From positions 99,386,001 through 99,450,000 of the forward strand of contig NC_043006.1 of the NCBI RefSeq assembly GCF_006345805.1: a DNA stretch of 64,000 nucleotides. Direction: 5' to 3'. The position numbers and the translations under genes were made by a program. Below, piece by piece: positions 49,528 through 62,120 of this stretch. The notes below the pieces were generated by a model. It saw only the letters and a list, made by a program, of their open reading frames with translations, was not told the origin of the DNA and did no database searches. The number at the start of each line of letters is the position of its first letter. The first letter of the stretch is position 1. This stretch comes from Octopus sinensis. Taxonomy: Eukaryota.

Positions 49528-52075
49528 CATGCATACCTCGACTTAAGTTATTTCGATTTAAGTCTATTTTGATTATCCGTCGGTTTTCGAAAATAACATA
49601 TGGAAAAACTATAAATCAAGTTAAGTCATTTTACCTGACTTTTCATCTGTCCGTCACAAATATCGGATTTGTAAAATCACTAGAAAATTTTTAAAAGCAC
49701 ATTAAATCATGTTATTTTACAATAAATAAGAATAAAATCATGTAAGATCTTATTAAATCAGTAAAAAACTAAGTGATGTTGATGTGTGTGTCGGCATGTT
49801 TGTGTGTATCGGTAACATTTACAGGAAATGTTAAGTTATACACGATAAAGTAGTGTAGGTTAGTAAACGAAATCATGAAATCAGTTGTGTTGTCTTATTT
49901 GTCACTCTTCCGTAGCTCATATTGCACTGTAGTTCCAATATCTACCGTTAGGCGTCGTTGTCACTCGTGATTCCTATGATTGTTTTGAATTCCGATTTGT
50001 TTACGTCTGTTTATCTGATACTTTCTCTTTCTCATTTATTTGTAACTTTGTCTTTCGCCCCCATGGCTCCTACGAACATGTTTAATGAAAGTGCTAAGCG
50101 TCATGCTATAACGCAGGTAGATAAAATGGCTATTATAAAACGTCATGAAAAAGATGAAAAAGTGGTAGCAATTGCACGATCCTTTTGGGGTGAGTGGAAC
50201 AACTCTATCGACGATTGTACATAATAAGGACAACAGTTTAGCACATATCTATCCTGAACCCTCAGGGATAAAGAAAACTGTTCGCAATAAGAAAAGAGGC
50301 AAAATCTTTGAATGAATAGAAAGTCTTCTTTTTCTTTGGATTGTTAGTTTGAATCGTCGGCGTGTTAATATTAGTCAAGAACTCGTTCAAGAGAAAGCGT
50401 ATTTGTTTGAGAACTTGAAGAAAAAATATCAAAGATGAGAAAGATATGGAGTTCAAGATAAGTCAAGGATGGTTGATGAGATTTAAAGAGTGAAGAAAAT
50501 ATCACTCCATTAAGAAACAAGGCGAAAGTGCATCAGCTAATGAACAAGAAGGTGCGGAATTCCCTGATGCTTTAATGAAAATCATCGAAGAAAACGGGTT
50601 TCTTCGCGAACAGATTTTTAAAGTAAACGTAACTGGATTGTATTGAGGAAATTGCCAGATCGTTCATTCATCTCCAAGGAGGAGGATTCTATTCCAGACT
50701 ACCAGGTCTGAAAAGAACGCGTGACCATTATGCGGGAAGATAATTGTGCAGGAGATTTTAAGTGAATGCCTAGCTTGTATATCATGCAAAGAACCACCGT
50801 GCCTTGAAGAACATATCCAAAATATCTCTCCCTGTTATATGGATGGCTAAAACAAAAGTATGGGTTTCTGATGTTGTTTTTGAAGATTGGTTCTTCAATC
50901 ATTTTTTCCCTGCAGCAGAGAAGTACTGTAATGAGAAGGGAATTCCTTTTAAGATTTTACTTATCTTAGATAATGCTCCTGGTCATCTGCAAATCATCGT
51001 ACATTTTGACCCCAACGTAACCATCATATACCTCCCGCCGAACTCCATGTCTCTTCTGCTTATAATGGATCAAGGAACGATTGCTATGTTCAAGCGCTAC
51101 TATATGAAGCGTACACTGCGGCAAGCACTAGCTGCAACGGATCTTGATCGGTCCGTCACACTTCGTTACTTTTGGAGGAGATACGATATCTACAAGGCAG
51201 TAGAGAACGTAGCAGCGGCATGGGATGATGTACAGAGCACGGTTATGAAATATATATGGAAGAAGTTTTGCTCGCAATTCGTGAATGATTTCAAGGGGTT
51301 TGATAATATTGCCATCAACAAAACGTTGGTGACTACGAGCAAAGAAATGCAAATGGACTTGGAGGAGCAGGATTTCGCGTATTTATTTGAAAATAAAAAA
51401 AAAAAAACAGCAGCCGCTGACGAATGAGGATTTGATAGAGCCTCACGCTTTCCAAGGTTATGGTGGCTTGTCACGAAGCTTTTGCTCCTTATGACGTACT
51501 CATTGATAAAAACAAGAAGATAGTTCAAGGAACTCCCAACCGGTTTTTTAAGTGCATCGAACATGAACAGCCAGAGTCTGCTGTTGAAGCTGAGGATCCA
51601 CAGACATCTACATTCGCGATGTAAACCACTAAATTTTATGTACGTATTTGTAAATTTAAAATAACTTATTTTTTTTTTACTATTTCAAAATAATAATAAT
51701 TACTAAATTTGTTACTTAAGGTGAGAAAAGCCTTGTATTTTACCATGTCTTACTAGAAACTGCATTCATAAGTAAAGCATCGTTGATGTACGGTAAACAC
51801 CGCCAAATTGTATTCGTAAATTTAGATTACTTTGCTTTTTACTGCACTGTATTAAAAGATAAAAAAAATATTTCTTTGTAATCTTAAAATAGCTTTCTAT
51901 TAAACATGTATTACTGAAAATGCATAAATAAATAAAGTACAGAACTGGGACTGATTATTATCGGTTTAGCCTAGGGACAAGTTAATTCAGCCTAGGCCCA
52001 GCCTAGAGACAAGATAATTCGACTTAAATCATGTCTCCTCGAACCGATTAACAACGGAGGTTGAGATATGGTTAT
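49528..52075 (+). mobile_element. Near full-length Tigger/pogo DNA transposon (~2.5 kb)
   Basis: Left end catgcatacctcgac resembles the Tigger TIR CAGGCATACCTCG; degraded right TIR near 52055-52075; gatttaagtc is present near both ends in inverted orientation; contains the transposase relic. Confidence 0.8.
50063..51624 (+). pseudogene. Tigger-type transposase pseudogene (CENP-B-like HTH plus DDE_1), TIGD1-like
   Basis: N-terminal MAPTN..KRHAITQVDKMAIIKRHEK..VVAIARSF; ORF 50804-51427 with FEDWFFNHFFP..KILLILDNAPGH..YLPPN..MDQG; first catalytic motif degraded (NVTGLY*); several frameshifts. Confidence 0.92.
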
Positions 52076-52141
52076 AGGCATGTATATATATATGGAAAGA
52101 GAGAGTGTGTGAGAGAGACAAAGAGAGATACACACAGACAC

Positions 52142-52194
<53 letters not shown>

Positions 52195-52419
52195 ACGGTT
52201 AGCTTCTTGAGTCGCTATGAAGGCGACTTCAGTCAACATTGGTCTTCTAGCAAGCAGATCCTTTGATATAATAATTACTCAACGAGGAGTACTCAGCCAG
52301 CTACTAATCAGCCTGAAGACATCTAGAATATATGAAGGTTGCATTGTCCTTGAGGAATCCCAACTGAACTCACCGAATATAGAAATTGAAATATATATAT
52401 ATATATGTTCTTTTGTTCT

Positions 52420-52590
52420 TTTATTGGTTTCAACCACTTGAGTGCAGCCATGCTGGAGCACCGCCTTTAGTCGGACAAATCGATCCCAGGACTTATTCAT
52501 TGTAGGCCTAGTACTTATTCTATCGTTCTTTATTCTGAAGCACTAAGTTACAGTGACGTAAACACACTAACATCAGTCATCAAGCGGTGG
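52420..52590 (-). mobile_element. 3' half of a family B SINE
   Basis: gcagccatgctggagcaccgcctttagtcggacaaatcgatcccaggacttattc. Confidence 0.8.
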
Positions 52591-52689
52591 GGGGAGCTTC
52601 ATTGCCACACACGCCAGCTGAATTAAATTCGTCCCCAGTCGAAAGACGCCTTTTGTTATGTCCTGTTATTATTATTATTATTTGTATTG

Positions 52690-52990
52690 TATTTTTGTAT
52701 TTATATTCGTGTAACATCTTCTGTTTTTCCGTCCTTGTTTTCATATACATCCGATGCTTTTTCCCAAGGAATCTAATGCTCTTAGCTTAGTTTTTCCTTG
52801 GGGCTGGCCAGATTGGAGCAATCTCAAGATTAATCAGCCGAAATGGTGAGGATGATCCGGTTCTTGAATGAGGATAAAGGCTTCGAATGACCCGTCCCTT
52901 TTTTATCGTCTATCTGGATGTGTTGTTGTCCCTTTTTGTATCACCTAGTTGTCCGGATGTTTTGCGTCCTTGTCCCATTTTGTATTTTAT
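52690..52990 (+). repeat. Interspersed repeat homologous to 43085-43380
   Basis: Same shared core as 43085-43380, here on the plus strand. Confidence 0.75.
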
Positions 52991-53414
52991 TTTATATATA
53001 TATATACGGTATGCTTCTTTCAGTTCCATTTGTCATATCTACGCACAAGGCTTTGTTCAGCTCGATGCTACAGAAGAAGACACTTGCCGAAGTTGCCACG
53101 CATTGGAATTGGACATGTTTGTGTATATAATTAATAATTAAGGGTACTAACTGGTAGTGCCGGCATGCTAACATAACAGCCAAAACGACCAAACCACAAG
53201 TCTTCATTTAAACACAAAGGTGAATGCGGGAAAATGAACAAAAACCCTTTGACCCTGTACCATTGACGAAAATAATCGAAAATTGAACATATCTGACATA
53301 CCCATATGATCGTGATGTCAAACTCTGAGAAATGCTCTTAGTCCATCTTCAGTGAGCCTGAAATTATTATAAACAATAATATCCTCATGTATGTTTTTTC
53401 TTTTTTTTTTTCTT

Positions 53415-53545
53415 TTTACTTGTTTCAGTCATTTGACTGCGGCCATGCTGGAGCATCGCCTTTAGTCGAGCAAATCGACCCCGGGACTTATTGTTTGTAA
53501 GCCCAGTACTTATTCTATCGGTCTCTTTTGCCAAACCGCTAATGT
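53415..53545 (-). mobile_element. 3' end of a family B SINE, low divergence
   Basis: ttttacttgtttcagtcatttgactgcggccatgctggagcatcgcctttagtcgagcaaatcgaccccgggac. Confidence 0.85.
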
Positions 53546-55019
53546 ATGTTTATATAATTTTTATTCATTTCGATCACCTTTTTAAAATTTGCGCAGCATT
53601 AAAAGAGGTCACCGCACGCATTGGTTGAGATGAACAAACTTTACATCCTTGGTACTAGTAAGACTCGCTGAGGTTGAACTAAGGATATTTCTCAAATTTC
53701 GAAATCATAGGGATGCTGGTGTCTGATATTTTCAATTTTCGATTATTTCCATCATTGGGTTTTTTTTCCATTTGCCCGCTTTCACCCGTGTTTATCTGAA
53801 AATGTGTGGTTTGCTCATTTTGACTGCTATGTACCTTTAATTATCAATTGATAACTTTAACTTTTTAACTTATTAACTTTAACTTATTAAGCATGCTAAG
53901 CCACTGATTTTATTATAGACAATAATATTCTTAGACATGTGTTTGGTGTGGGGGGGGTGATGAGCGGTGGCAATGATATGAAGTTAAAATCGGCCTGCTA
54001 GCACACAGAAGAATGATAAGGGGTGGAAACATTGACGTCTTACCATCCCCCTTCATAATAGGTATATACTCTATAAAAAGCATTAATCTGGTATTAAGTT
54101 CTTTATATATAATCGGCATATAAACATTAGCATATATACATGTGTCTCCGTGTGTGTGTGCGTGTGTGTGTGTGTACGTATGTGTATATGTATGTATATA
54201 TGTTTGTATATAGGTACACAGCTTATATTTCTCTGTCTATCACAAAATAACATATCTGTCTTGGCATGCGTACATGTAATTATATTATGATTTATATATC
54301 GATAATGTGTTTATATACACGTAATTTTCGTATCTTGCGTCTGGATGTGTGATTCATTTATATCAATTTTTAAACTGATAAATATTTCTGTAATTAGAAA
54401 CATTGTTAACTTTCTCATCATCTTTTATTTATTTTTTCTTCCCTAATTTATATTCATTTTTATATTATTATTCGCAGTCCTTACATATTGTATTTCTAGT
54501 GTTGCATCTATTTATCATTATATGATATGTAGGCACGAGTATGCCCGCGTGTGTTTTTGTGTGTGCATACAGTAAAACAAAATCTGGCATGCCTACATAT
54601 AGATATTGAGATGCATATAGATTTGTTGTACTTTCGAATACTTAGCACGAACGTATACGTTTGTGAATAAGATATCTCCTTTATGGCACGGATTTATTGA
54701 TAGCGTTAGCTTCAACAATTTACAGTAAAATAGTTAAGTACATGTATATTCATATTATACGTAATTCGCCTTGATCTGAACATCAATTGAGATTTCAATT
54801 CTGTAATTTGTTTAGAGCTGGCAGAGAAATAACAAATGCATTTCTAACATGCGATGTAACAGTATATTACCATTCAATGATTAAAACATTCCTCCACTTT
54901 AAAAAGTATACGATCCTATACTAAAATGAGTCTCTGTGTGTGAATGCGTGTGCGCGACTAAGGCTATAAACTCTTACGCATACGTACATTATTACATATA
55001 TATATATATATATATATAC

Positions 55020-56075
55020 TCAACTTGGAGAGTGGTTGCACAACTTCCTAAAAGATAGAAGGCAGGCAGTTGTGGCCAAGGAAACAGAGATAACAAGCGG
55101 TGTTCATAGTGGCCCTTTAAGACATTATCTCAGTTGCTAAGATGGCCACCCTTGCTAACTATGCAGATGACACAAAAGTCTCCCACACAATACAAAACCC
55201 TGGAAATATTGCACAACTGCAACGGGACTTGGATACATATATACAGGTGGGCTGAGGAAAACAACATGCAGTTAATGCAGGGAAGTTCCAGGCCCCGTGC
55301 TACCGGCACACAAAGATAAACGACATGCAGACTGGATACACTGGCCCGGGAAGAATTGCAATCCCTGAGTCAAAATCAGTGACCTGGGCATTGACATGAG
55401 CAATGATGCATCTTTCCAAGTGCATATTACTAATTTGGTAATAAAATGCAGACGGCTAGCTGGATGGATTCTCCGAACTTTCAGAACAAGAGAGGAGATA
55501 CTGATGGTCCTTTGGAAGACATTCATCCTCAGCCACTTGGACTACTGCTCCCAACTCTGGTCACCACACAATATAAAACTAACAGCAGAACTCGAAGCAA
55601 TTCAACGAAGCTACACAAAGAAGGTCATCTCAATGCAGCATATCAGCTACTGGGAAAGACTGAAAATATTAAAACTCTTCTCCCTAGAGTGAAGGCAGGT
55701 GAGATATGCAGTAATATACATCTGGAAAATCCTGGAGGTTCTTGTCCCAAAGTTTGGCATTCAAAGTTACCCCAACCGCAGAACGCGGTGCCACTGCATG
55801 GTGCCAAACGTCCCTACATCACCATCAAAATACAGGAGCAGATACTGCAACTGCTTGGGTTTCAGAGGACCACAGCTCTTCAATATCCTTCCTAAATGCC
55901 TGAGAGACCTGCATGGTGTGGATGTGGGTTTCTTTAAAACTAAACTGGATCTATTCTTGTCAAGGGTCCCAGATGAAGCTACCTCTCGACAGCAAACACA
56001 GATGCGAGCAGCGGCATCGAACTCACTTGTAAATCAAGTGCCGCGTATCAGAGGTGGTTTCACATACTAGCGTAG
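55020..56075 (+). mobile_element. 5'-truncated CR1-like LINE (RT C-terminal half)
   Basis: LGEWLHNFLKDRRQAVV, ANYADDTKV, LWKTFILSHLDYCSQLWSP..LEAIQRSYTK..SYWERLK.LKLFSLE, RYAVIYIWKILE, GPQLFNILPK. Confidence 0.92.
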
Positions 56076-56324
56076 CTCATTCAACGGTGGTGCCCCAGCA
56101 TGGTCGCAGCCTTCGGGCTAAAATATTTTTACGGATTTAAGGTTATATATATATATATACATACTTACATACATACATATATATGTATATATACATATAT
56201 ATATGTGTGTGAGTGTGTGTGTATACATATTTATATGTGCAAAGTAACAGTTTTCGAGAAATACCATTGGTTTCATATCTAGAGTGAACCAGCTATAACT
56301 TCAGTTTCTCTAAACAATAACTGT

Positions 56325-56925
56325 TCTCTGATATTTGCGACCTTATAGAGTTTTACATTCTAGACACCATGGGTGATAAATTCCCCTCTGTCTACTTTTG
56401 CTTATATACAGAAGATGCCTTAGTCTTCTGCAGAGGCGATAACGGTCATAAGTCAGATAGGTTTAGAACATACATCATACACACCCTCAACAACCTTGGT
56501 CGTGAGATCACCATAGAGACTAACTTCACCGCAGGGAAATTCTTAGATGTCACGCTAGATTTAGACAGTGGCACCTACATACCTTGCCGCAAACCGAATA
56601 ATAGGCTATCATGCATTAACACAGCCTCCTGTCACCCACCCATAGAGTTCAAAAACCTAATTAATGATATCAGTAAACGGATTTCGAACTTATCTTCAAA
56701 TAAAGATATTTTCGACGCAGCGGCTCCCGTTTACAATGAGGCGGTAGCGGCCAACGGGTTCAAGGACCATATAGTATATACACGAGGACCGAGCAACCAC
56801 AAAAGGAAACGCCACTGCAAGATCTTATCGCTCGCTCTCCCCTACTCCATAAACGTCCGGATATGTGTTGGTAAGATATTTCTTAGGTTGGGAGATAAGC
56901 ATTTCATGCGATCACACAAATATAG
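56325..56925 (+). mobile_element. Penelope-like element RT C-terminal/linker fragment
   Basis: ORF 56369-57040 up to HKY: CLYTEDAL (YRDD-like), ITIETN..KFLDVTLDL..Y.P.RKPNN..SCHPP..ISKRISNLSSNKDIFDAAAPVYNEA, PYSINVR..VGK.FLRL.DKHF. The ORF tail is SINE-derived. Confidence 0.85.
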
Positions 56926-57229
56926 AAACTGGTACTTTATTTATCGACCTCCAAAGGATGAAAGGCAAAGTAGACCGGGGCAGAATTTGAACTCAGAACA
57001 TAAAGACATACGCATTACCTATTTCTTTAATACCCACTAGGGGCTAAACACAGAGAGGACAAACAAGGACAAACAAACGGATTAAGTCGATTATATCGAT
57101 CCAGGTGCGTAAGTGGTACTTATTTAATCTACCCCGAAAAGATGAATGGCAAAGTCAACCTCGGCGGAATTTAAAGCCAGAACGTAAATACAGACAAAGT
57201 ACCGCTAAGCATTTCGTTCGGCGTGCTAA
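56926..57229 (-). mobile_element. Family A SINE dimer (head plus second head-less monomer, long-tail variant)
   Basis: Head at 57200-57229; monomer junction ..gcattacctatttctttaatacccactaggggctaaacacagagagg at about 57015. Confidence 0.85.
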
Positions 57230-57635
57230 TTATGAGAGAAATAGTGCAAAATTAATGCCATAGTGTTTCAATCATTACCGTATTTGTATCTATGATATTT
57301 TGTGATAAATATACAGAATACCTTAACTTACTAGTATTGAGATCTGAATTGAGATCTGAATAACCAATTTTGCATAATCAATTTTACATAATATATAATA
57401 CATCACAGGTTTTACTGAGACTAGCTGTTTTACAAGCATTAAACATAATTACACGTTATTCTAATTGCAATAGCATGGTCAAAATATATCTGATACGTGA
57501 TTTCACTCATTTGACTGCGGCTATCTCTAAGGTTATTCAGGGTATATATGTACATACATACATATATGCACATATACATATATACATACACACACATACA
57601 CGCACAAACACACACACATACACACACACTCACAT

Positions 57636-57700
<65 letters not shown>

Positions 57701-57829
57701 AACATCTGTGTGTAAAGGTGCAAAAGAATCATATAAGTGACTGCACTGTAAAGGATATCCATGTGAGAAGACATAACTACTAAATCATTTTCTTTCAATC
57801 GTATTGATTTTAATTTAATAAATTGTATG

Positions 57830-57990
57830 ATCTTCTTCTTCTTCTTCTTCTTCTCTTCTTCTTCTTCTTCTTCTTCTTCTTCTTCTTCCTCTTCGTCTTC
57901 TTCATCCTCTTCTTCTTCTTCTTCTTCTTCTTCTTCTTCTTCTCCTTCTCCTTCTTCTTCTTCTTCTCCTTCCTCTTCTTCTCTTGTTCT
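57830..57990. repeat. (TCT)/(TCC)n microsatellite
   Basis: Direct reading; source of the poly-E ORF 57439-58098. Confidence 0.95.
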
Positions 57991-58139
57991 TCTTCTCTGC
58001 CAAGAATTCACAACGACCCCGAGCCCACAAGAGTAAATAAGAGGTACAAAGACAGGCAGGAACAAGGAAAAAGCCCCTCGTATTTGAATATTATGCAAAT
58101 ATTATTTTAGAACACTTTTCATTTACTTTTTCCAAAATT

Positions 58140-58570
58140 TAATTTGTTGTGTCTGGGTAGAGTTATTTTCTCTTTGTACCTTATAATTTAACTCACCGGT
58201 ATTTCTTATTTTCATTTTCTTAAAATTTTCGTTGCGTCTTGCAACATTTTCAGTAGGCTTGACAATTAACATTTTCAATAGTTTTGATAAAAGTCTTGAC
58301 AATTAAAAGTTTGCGAGACGCAACCAAAATTTTAGAAAGATAAACATAGGAAATAAGTGGAAATTTTACCGGTGAGTGTGTTACTCTCCCCAGACACAAC
58401 AGAATATGCTTCAACACACAAACTCACATTAAGAATCTTGCAAACCAAATCCAAAAACGAAACAAAATTTTATTGTTTTCCATACTTAGAGTTGAAAAAG
58501 TCTCAATGACTGAAACCGGTACTGAAATATTTTTAATGATAAAATTATTTTAGCATTTTCTACCTTGACT
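58140..58570. mobile_element. Palindromic MITE-like element related to 59491-60093
   Basis: Internal inverted pairs tgttgtgtctggg/cccagacacaaca, ctcaccggt/accggtgag and ttgcgtcttgcaa/ttgcgagacgcaa; right end gttgaaaaag..gaaaccggtact shared with 60005-60040. Confidence 0.65.
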
Positions 58571-59204
58571 TATTATGTATATATATAATTGTCCAAAATC
58601 ACGCAGTAGGAGAAAGAGTAGTATAAGTGAAGGGAGAGGAAAGGGCACAGTAATAAAATGAAGGACAGTTGTAGAGAGAATGATATCACTTACAGAGAGA
58701 GGGTGAGAGAAATTAGTAGCTATCAGAAAAATGAAGTGGCATAGAGCACCTCGTGTATCCTCTGTTTTTCTCCGACACAACACATGAATGAGAAAGGAAG
58801 GGGTGAAAATGATCAGCGTTTCAACTCTGTGTGAGTACATGTGTTTGTGTGCAAAAGAGGGGTACGTGAATATGTGTGTGTACAATGGAAATGGGATGGT
58901 GAACGTTCAACGCTGGAAAGAAAAATCAAACATCATTTCAACTCAGTTTGTATGTGTGTATGTGTGTGCATGCACAAGGAATAGTATGTGAATGATTGCG
59001 TCTGTGATTATTATGTAATTTAGTTCGTACCTTATTTATGTCTAAATACTAAAATCAACCGTCATATTTGACGACTCGGGATCAACTAATTTATAAATAA
59101 AAGCTTCTCTCATTTTATGTGGCTATATAATTATTCATTGGACACCTCGGGCCAAGCATTGCTTTGTAACTGCGTTTCTTCGATGCTAAGTGAAAGAGGC
59201 CGTC

Positions 59205-59277
<73 letters not shown>

Positions 59278-59378
59278 GACGTTGTATAAGAATTCGCAAA
59301 CATCTTGCCGAACAACAATGGACTCGGTAATGCAACACCCAACCACTAAGCTATGCGTCTTCATATATATATGTATAT

Positions 59379-59415
<37 letters not shown>

Positions 59416-59490
59416 GTGGTGTGTGTGTGTGTGGTGTGTGTTGTGTGTGTGTCTATAGAAGGTAGAAAAGTAACACACGAGTTGATATGA

Positions 59491-60093
59491 ATAAGGAAAA
59501 TAAGATAAAGTTGGAAAATGCTAAAATTATTATATCCTCAAGTACATTTTAGCACCGGATTCAAACTCCTAAACTTTTCACCTAAGAGTAAATGAAGACA
59601 GACAGTTAAATTGGAGAAAAAAAATGTGAAATGTCTTGTAGCAATTTTCATAGTCTTTGAATACATAAATATTTCCAGAGTTTTCAGACTGCCTGTCTCT
59701 CTCTCTATCTCTCTTTCCCTCTCTCTCTCTCTCTCTCTCTCCCTATTCCTTTGTGAATGCTTGGTAGGTTGGTAGTTAGTAGTAACTTTCAATGAATAGT
59801 TTGTGTACAGAGAGTTGATGGTTTAAATAGGAGTAGCTGAGGGTAGATTTAATACTAACTCCATACCAGAGAGAATACACAGAGAGACAGGATGTCTGAA
59901 AACTATTGAAGTATTTACCTCTTCAAAGATTATGAAAATATCTACAAAATATGTCTCTCAATTTTTTTCTCCAATTTCATAGTTTTTCTTGTCTAGCTCT
60001 AAGTTGAAAAAGTATAAAAAAAGGAAACCGGTACTAAAATATGTTTCATAATAAAATCATTGTATCATTTTTACCTTGCCCTATTTTCCTTAT
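59491..60093. mobile_element. ~600-bp MITE with long imperfect TIRs
   Basis: Nested inverted pairs ataaggaaaata/tattttccttat, tttagcaccgg/ccggtactaaa, aaattggagaaaaaaa/tttttttctccaattt, ttcatagtctttgaa/ttcaaagattatgaa and ttcagac..ctgtctct/agagacagg..gtctgaa. Confidence 0.75.
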
Positions 60094-60104
60094 ATAATAT
60101 GTAT

Positions 60105-60155
<51 letters not shown>

Positions 60156-60433
60156 TATAATATAAATATTATATACATTATATATATATATATACATATA
60201 TGTATGCATATATATATATATATGCATATATATATAATATATTACATATATGTATGCATATATATATATATATATATAATATAATATAAATATATATATA
60301 TATTATATAATATATATATTATATATATATATATATACATTATATATAATATATATATATATATAATATAATATTATATATATATATATATACATATATA
60401 TAATACATATATATATATATATATGTATATATT

Positions 60434-61443
60434 TTATATTATAATGAGGGTACTACTATTAGTAGATACCAACACGCTAAGAGGGACCAATGCGGTCAAA
60501 ACTACTAAAAATAAACAAAATATTACCGAATGCAAAACTTCAAGACACATCATTTTAAAAAAGAATTCAGTTACATATCACATGTGATTTCGCATTTAAT
60601 GCAGAATATGCATTTCATGTTCGTCAGTGCCAGAAACTCAAGAGATATAAGAAAAAACATAACATTACAAACTCGAAAGCCAACCGTAGAATTCATCGTA
60701 GCATGTACGAATGTTTATCCTTACATATCTATGAAAATGGCGGGCTTTTTCGCAATGCATTTCGGTTGCAAATTGCCTAGTCGGAATAAAAATTCAGTAT
60801 TGAACTATTCCGGTGAAAAATATAAATTAACAATTGAGGATAAAATCTTTAAAAGAAATTATCAGTAGTCAGCGTGAAAAGCCTCGTAAGAGAAAACATC
60901 CGTAAATTCTTCCTCTTTGAAAATATTCATTTATATTATAATGAGGGTACTACTATTAGTAGATACCAACACGCTAAGAGGGACCAATGCGGTCAAAACT
61001 ACTAAAAATAAACAAAATATTACCGAATGCAAAACCTTCAAAACACATCATTTTAAAAAAGAATTCAGTTACATATCACATGTGATTTCGCATTTAATGC
61101 AGAATATGCATTTCATGTTCTTCAGTGCAACAAACTCAAGATATATGAGAAAAAACATAACATTACAAACTCGATAGCCAACCGTAGAATTCGTCGTAGC
61201 ATGTACGAATGTTTATCTTTACATATCTATGAAAATGGCGGGCTTTTTCGCAATGCATTTCGGTTGCAAATTGCCTAGTCGGAATAAAAATTCAGTATTG
61301 AACTATTCCGGTGAAAAATATAAATTAACAATTGAGGATAAAATCTTTAAAAGAAATTATCAGTAGTCAGCGTGAAAAGCCTCGTAAGAGGTCCCTCTTA
61401 GCGTGTTGGTATCTACTAATAGTAGTACCCTCATTATAATATA
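60434..61443 (-). mobile_element. Penelope-like pseudo-LTR array: two direct ~460-bp units plus a 53-bp inverted end
   Basis: Unit 1 60434-60892 and unit 2 60931-61390 differ at about a dozen positions; 61391-61443 is the reverse complement of the unit start; the minus strand encodes FLFRLGNLQPKCI..F.DM*, resembling the PLE C-terminus LIFRLGTLQP.GLN. Confidence 0.75.
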
Positions 61444-61637
61444 TATGTATATATGTATAAGTAGCTTGTAAAAATACATTGCAAAGGATATATCGTGAAC
61501 AATTATTTATGAATATATCTGCTTTTATTTATTGAAGCAGCGGTTTTGACAGCTATTTCTAGACATGTAGTGGTTTTTACATCCCTTTCCATTATAATTG
61601 TGATTTCTCACAATTGTACACTCTTCTTACACACACG

Positions 61638-61673
<36 letters not shown>

Positions 61674-61924
61674 ATATTCATAAGCTTAAAGCTTATTAGC
61701 GATCACCGTGTAGTGACTAAAGAATCTTGTCTACTATAGACCTCAATATTAGACTAATTTGTTTAGTCATTATTTAAACTTTAAGCTTATAAAATATTAT
61801 TATCATTTGCAACATTGTAAATTTCGACACTGGTTACAAAAAACCATCGCATACATTGTGCGTGTGAGTGTGTATGTGTTCGGGTGTGTGTTTACCCCTG
61901 TCTGTGTCTATGTCTGTGTGTGTA

Positions 61925-62120
61925 CCCCACCATCGCCTGGTAACCGATGGTAGTGCCTCTGGTCCTTGTAACTTAGTATTTCAGCAAAGCGAAAGGTAGA
62001 AGTATCTCGATTAGTAAAAATAATTAATTACTGCAGTCGATTTGTTGGACTTAAAATTCTTCAATGTAGTGCCCCAGCATGGCCACAGTGTTTTGACTAA
62101 AACAGGTAAAAGACAAAAGG
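61925..62120 (+). mobile_element. Diverged 3' half of a family B SINE
   Basis: ccccaccatcgc..taaccgatgg..gtgccccagcatggccacag..gactaaaacaggtaaaagacaaaag. Confidence 0.65.

Noticed and set aside
53300-53360. Minus-strand ctgaagatggact..agtttgaca hammerhead-like motif (similar weak cases at 12300-12335 and 14760-14790)
   Set aside because: Core GAAA is altered and stem I cannot form; too degenerate to call.
57439-58098. 219-aa ORF with poly-E/K and similar low-complexity ORFs (8620, 12540, 14797, 20837, 34199, 39084)
   Set aside because: Generated by di- and trinucleotide microsatellites that lack stop codons.
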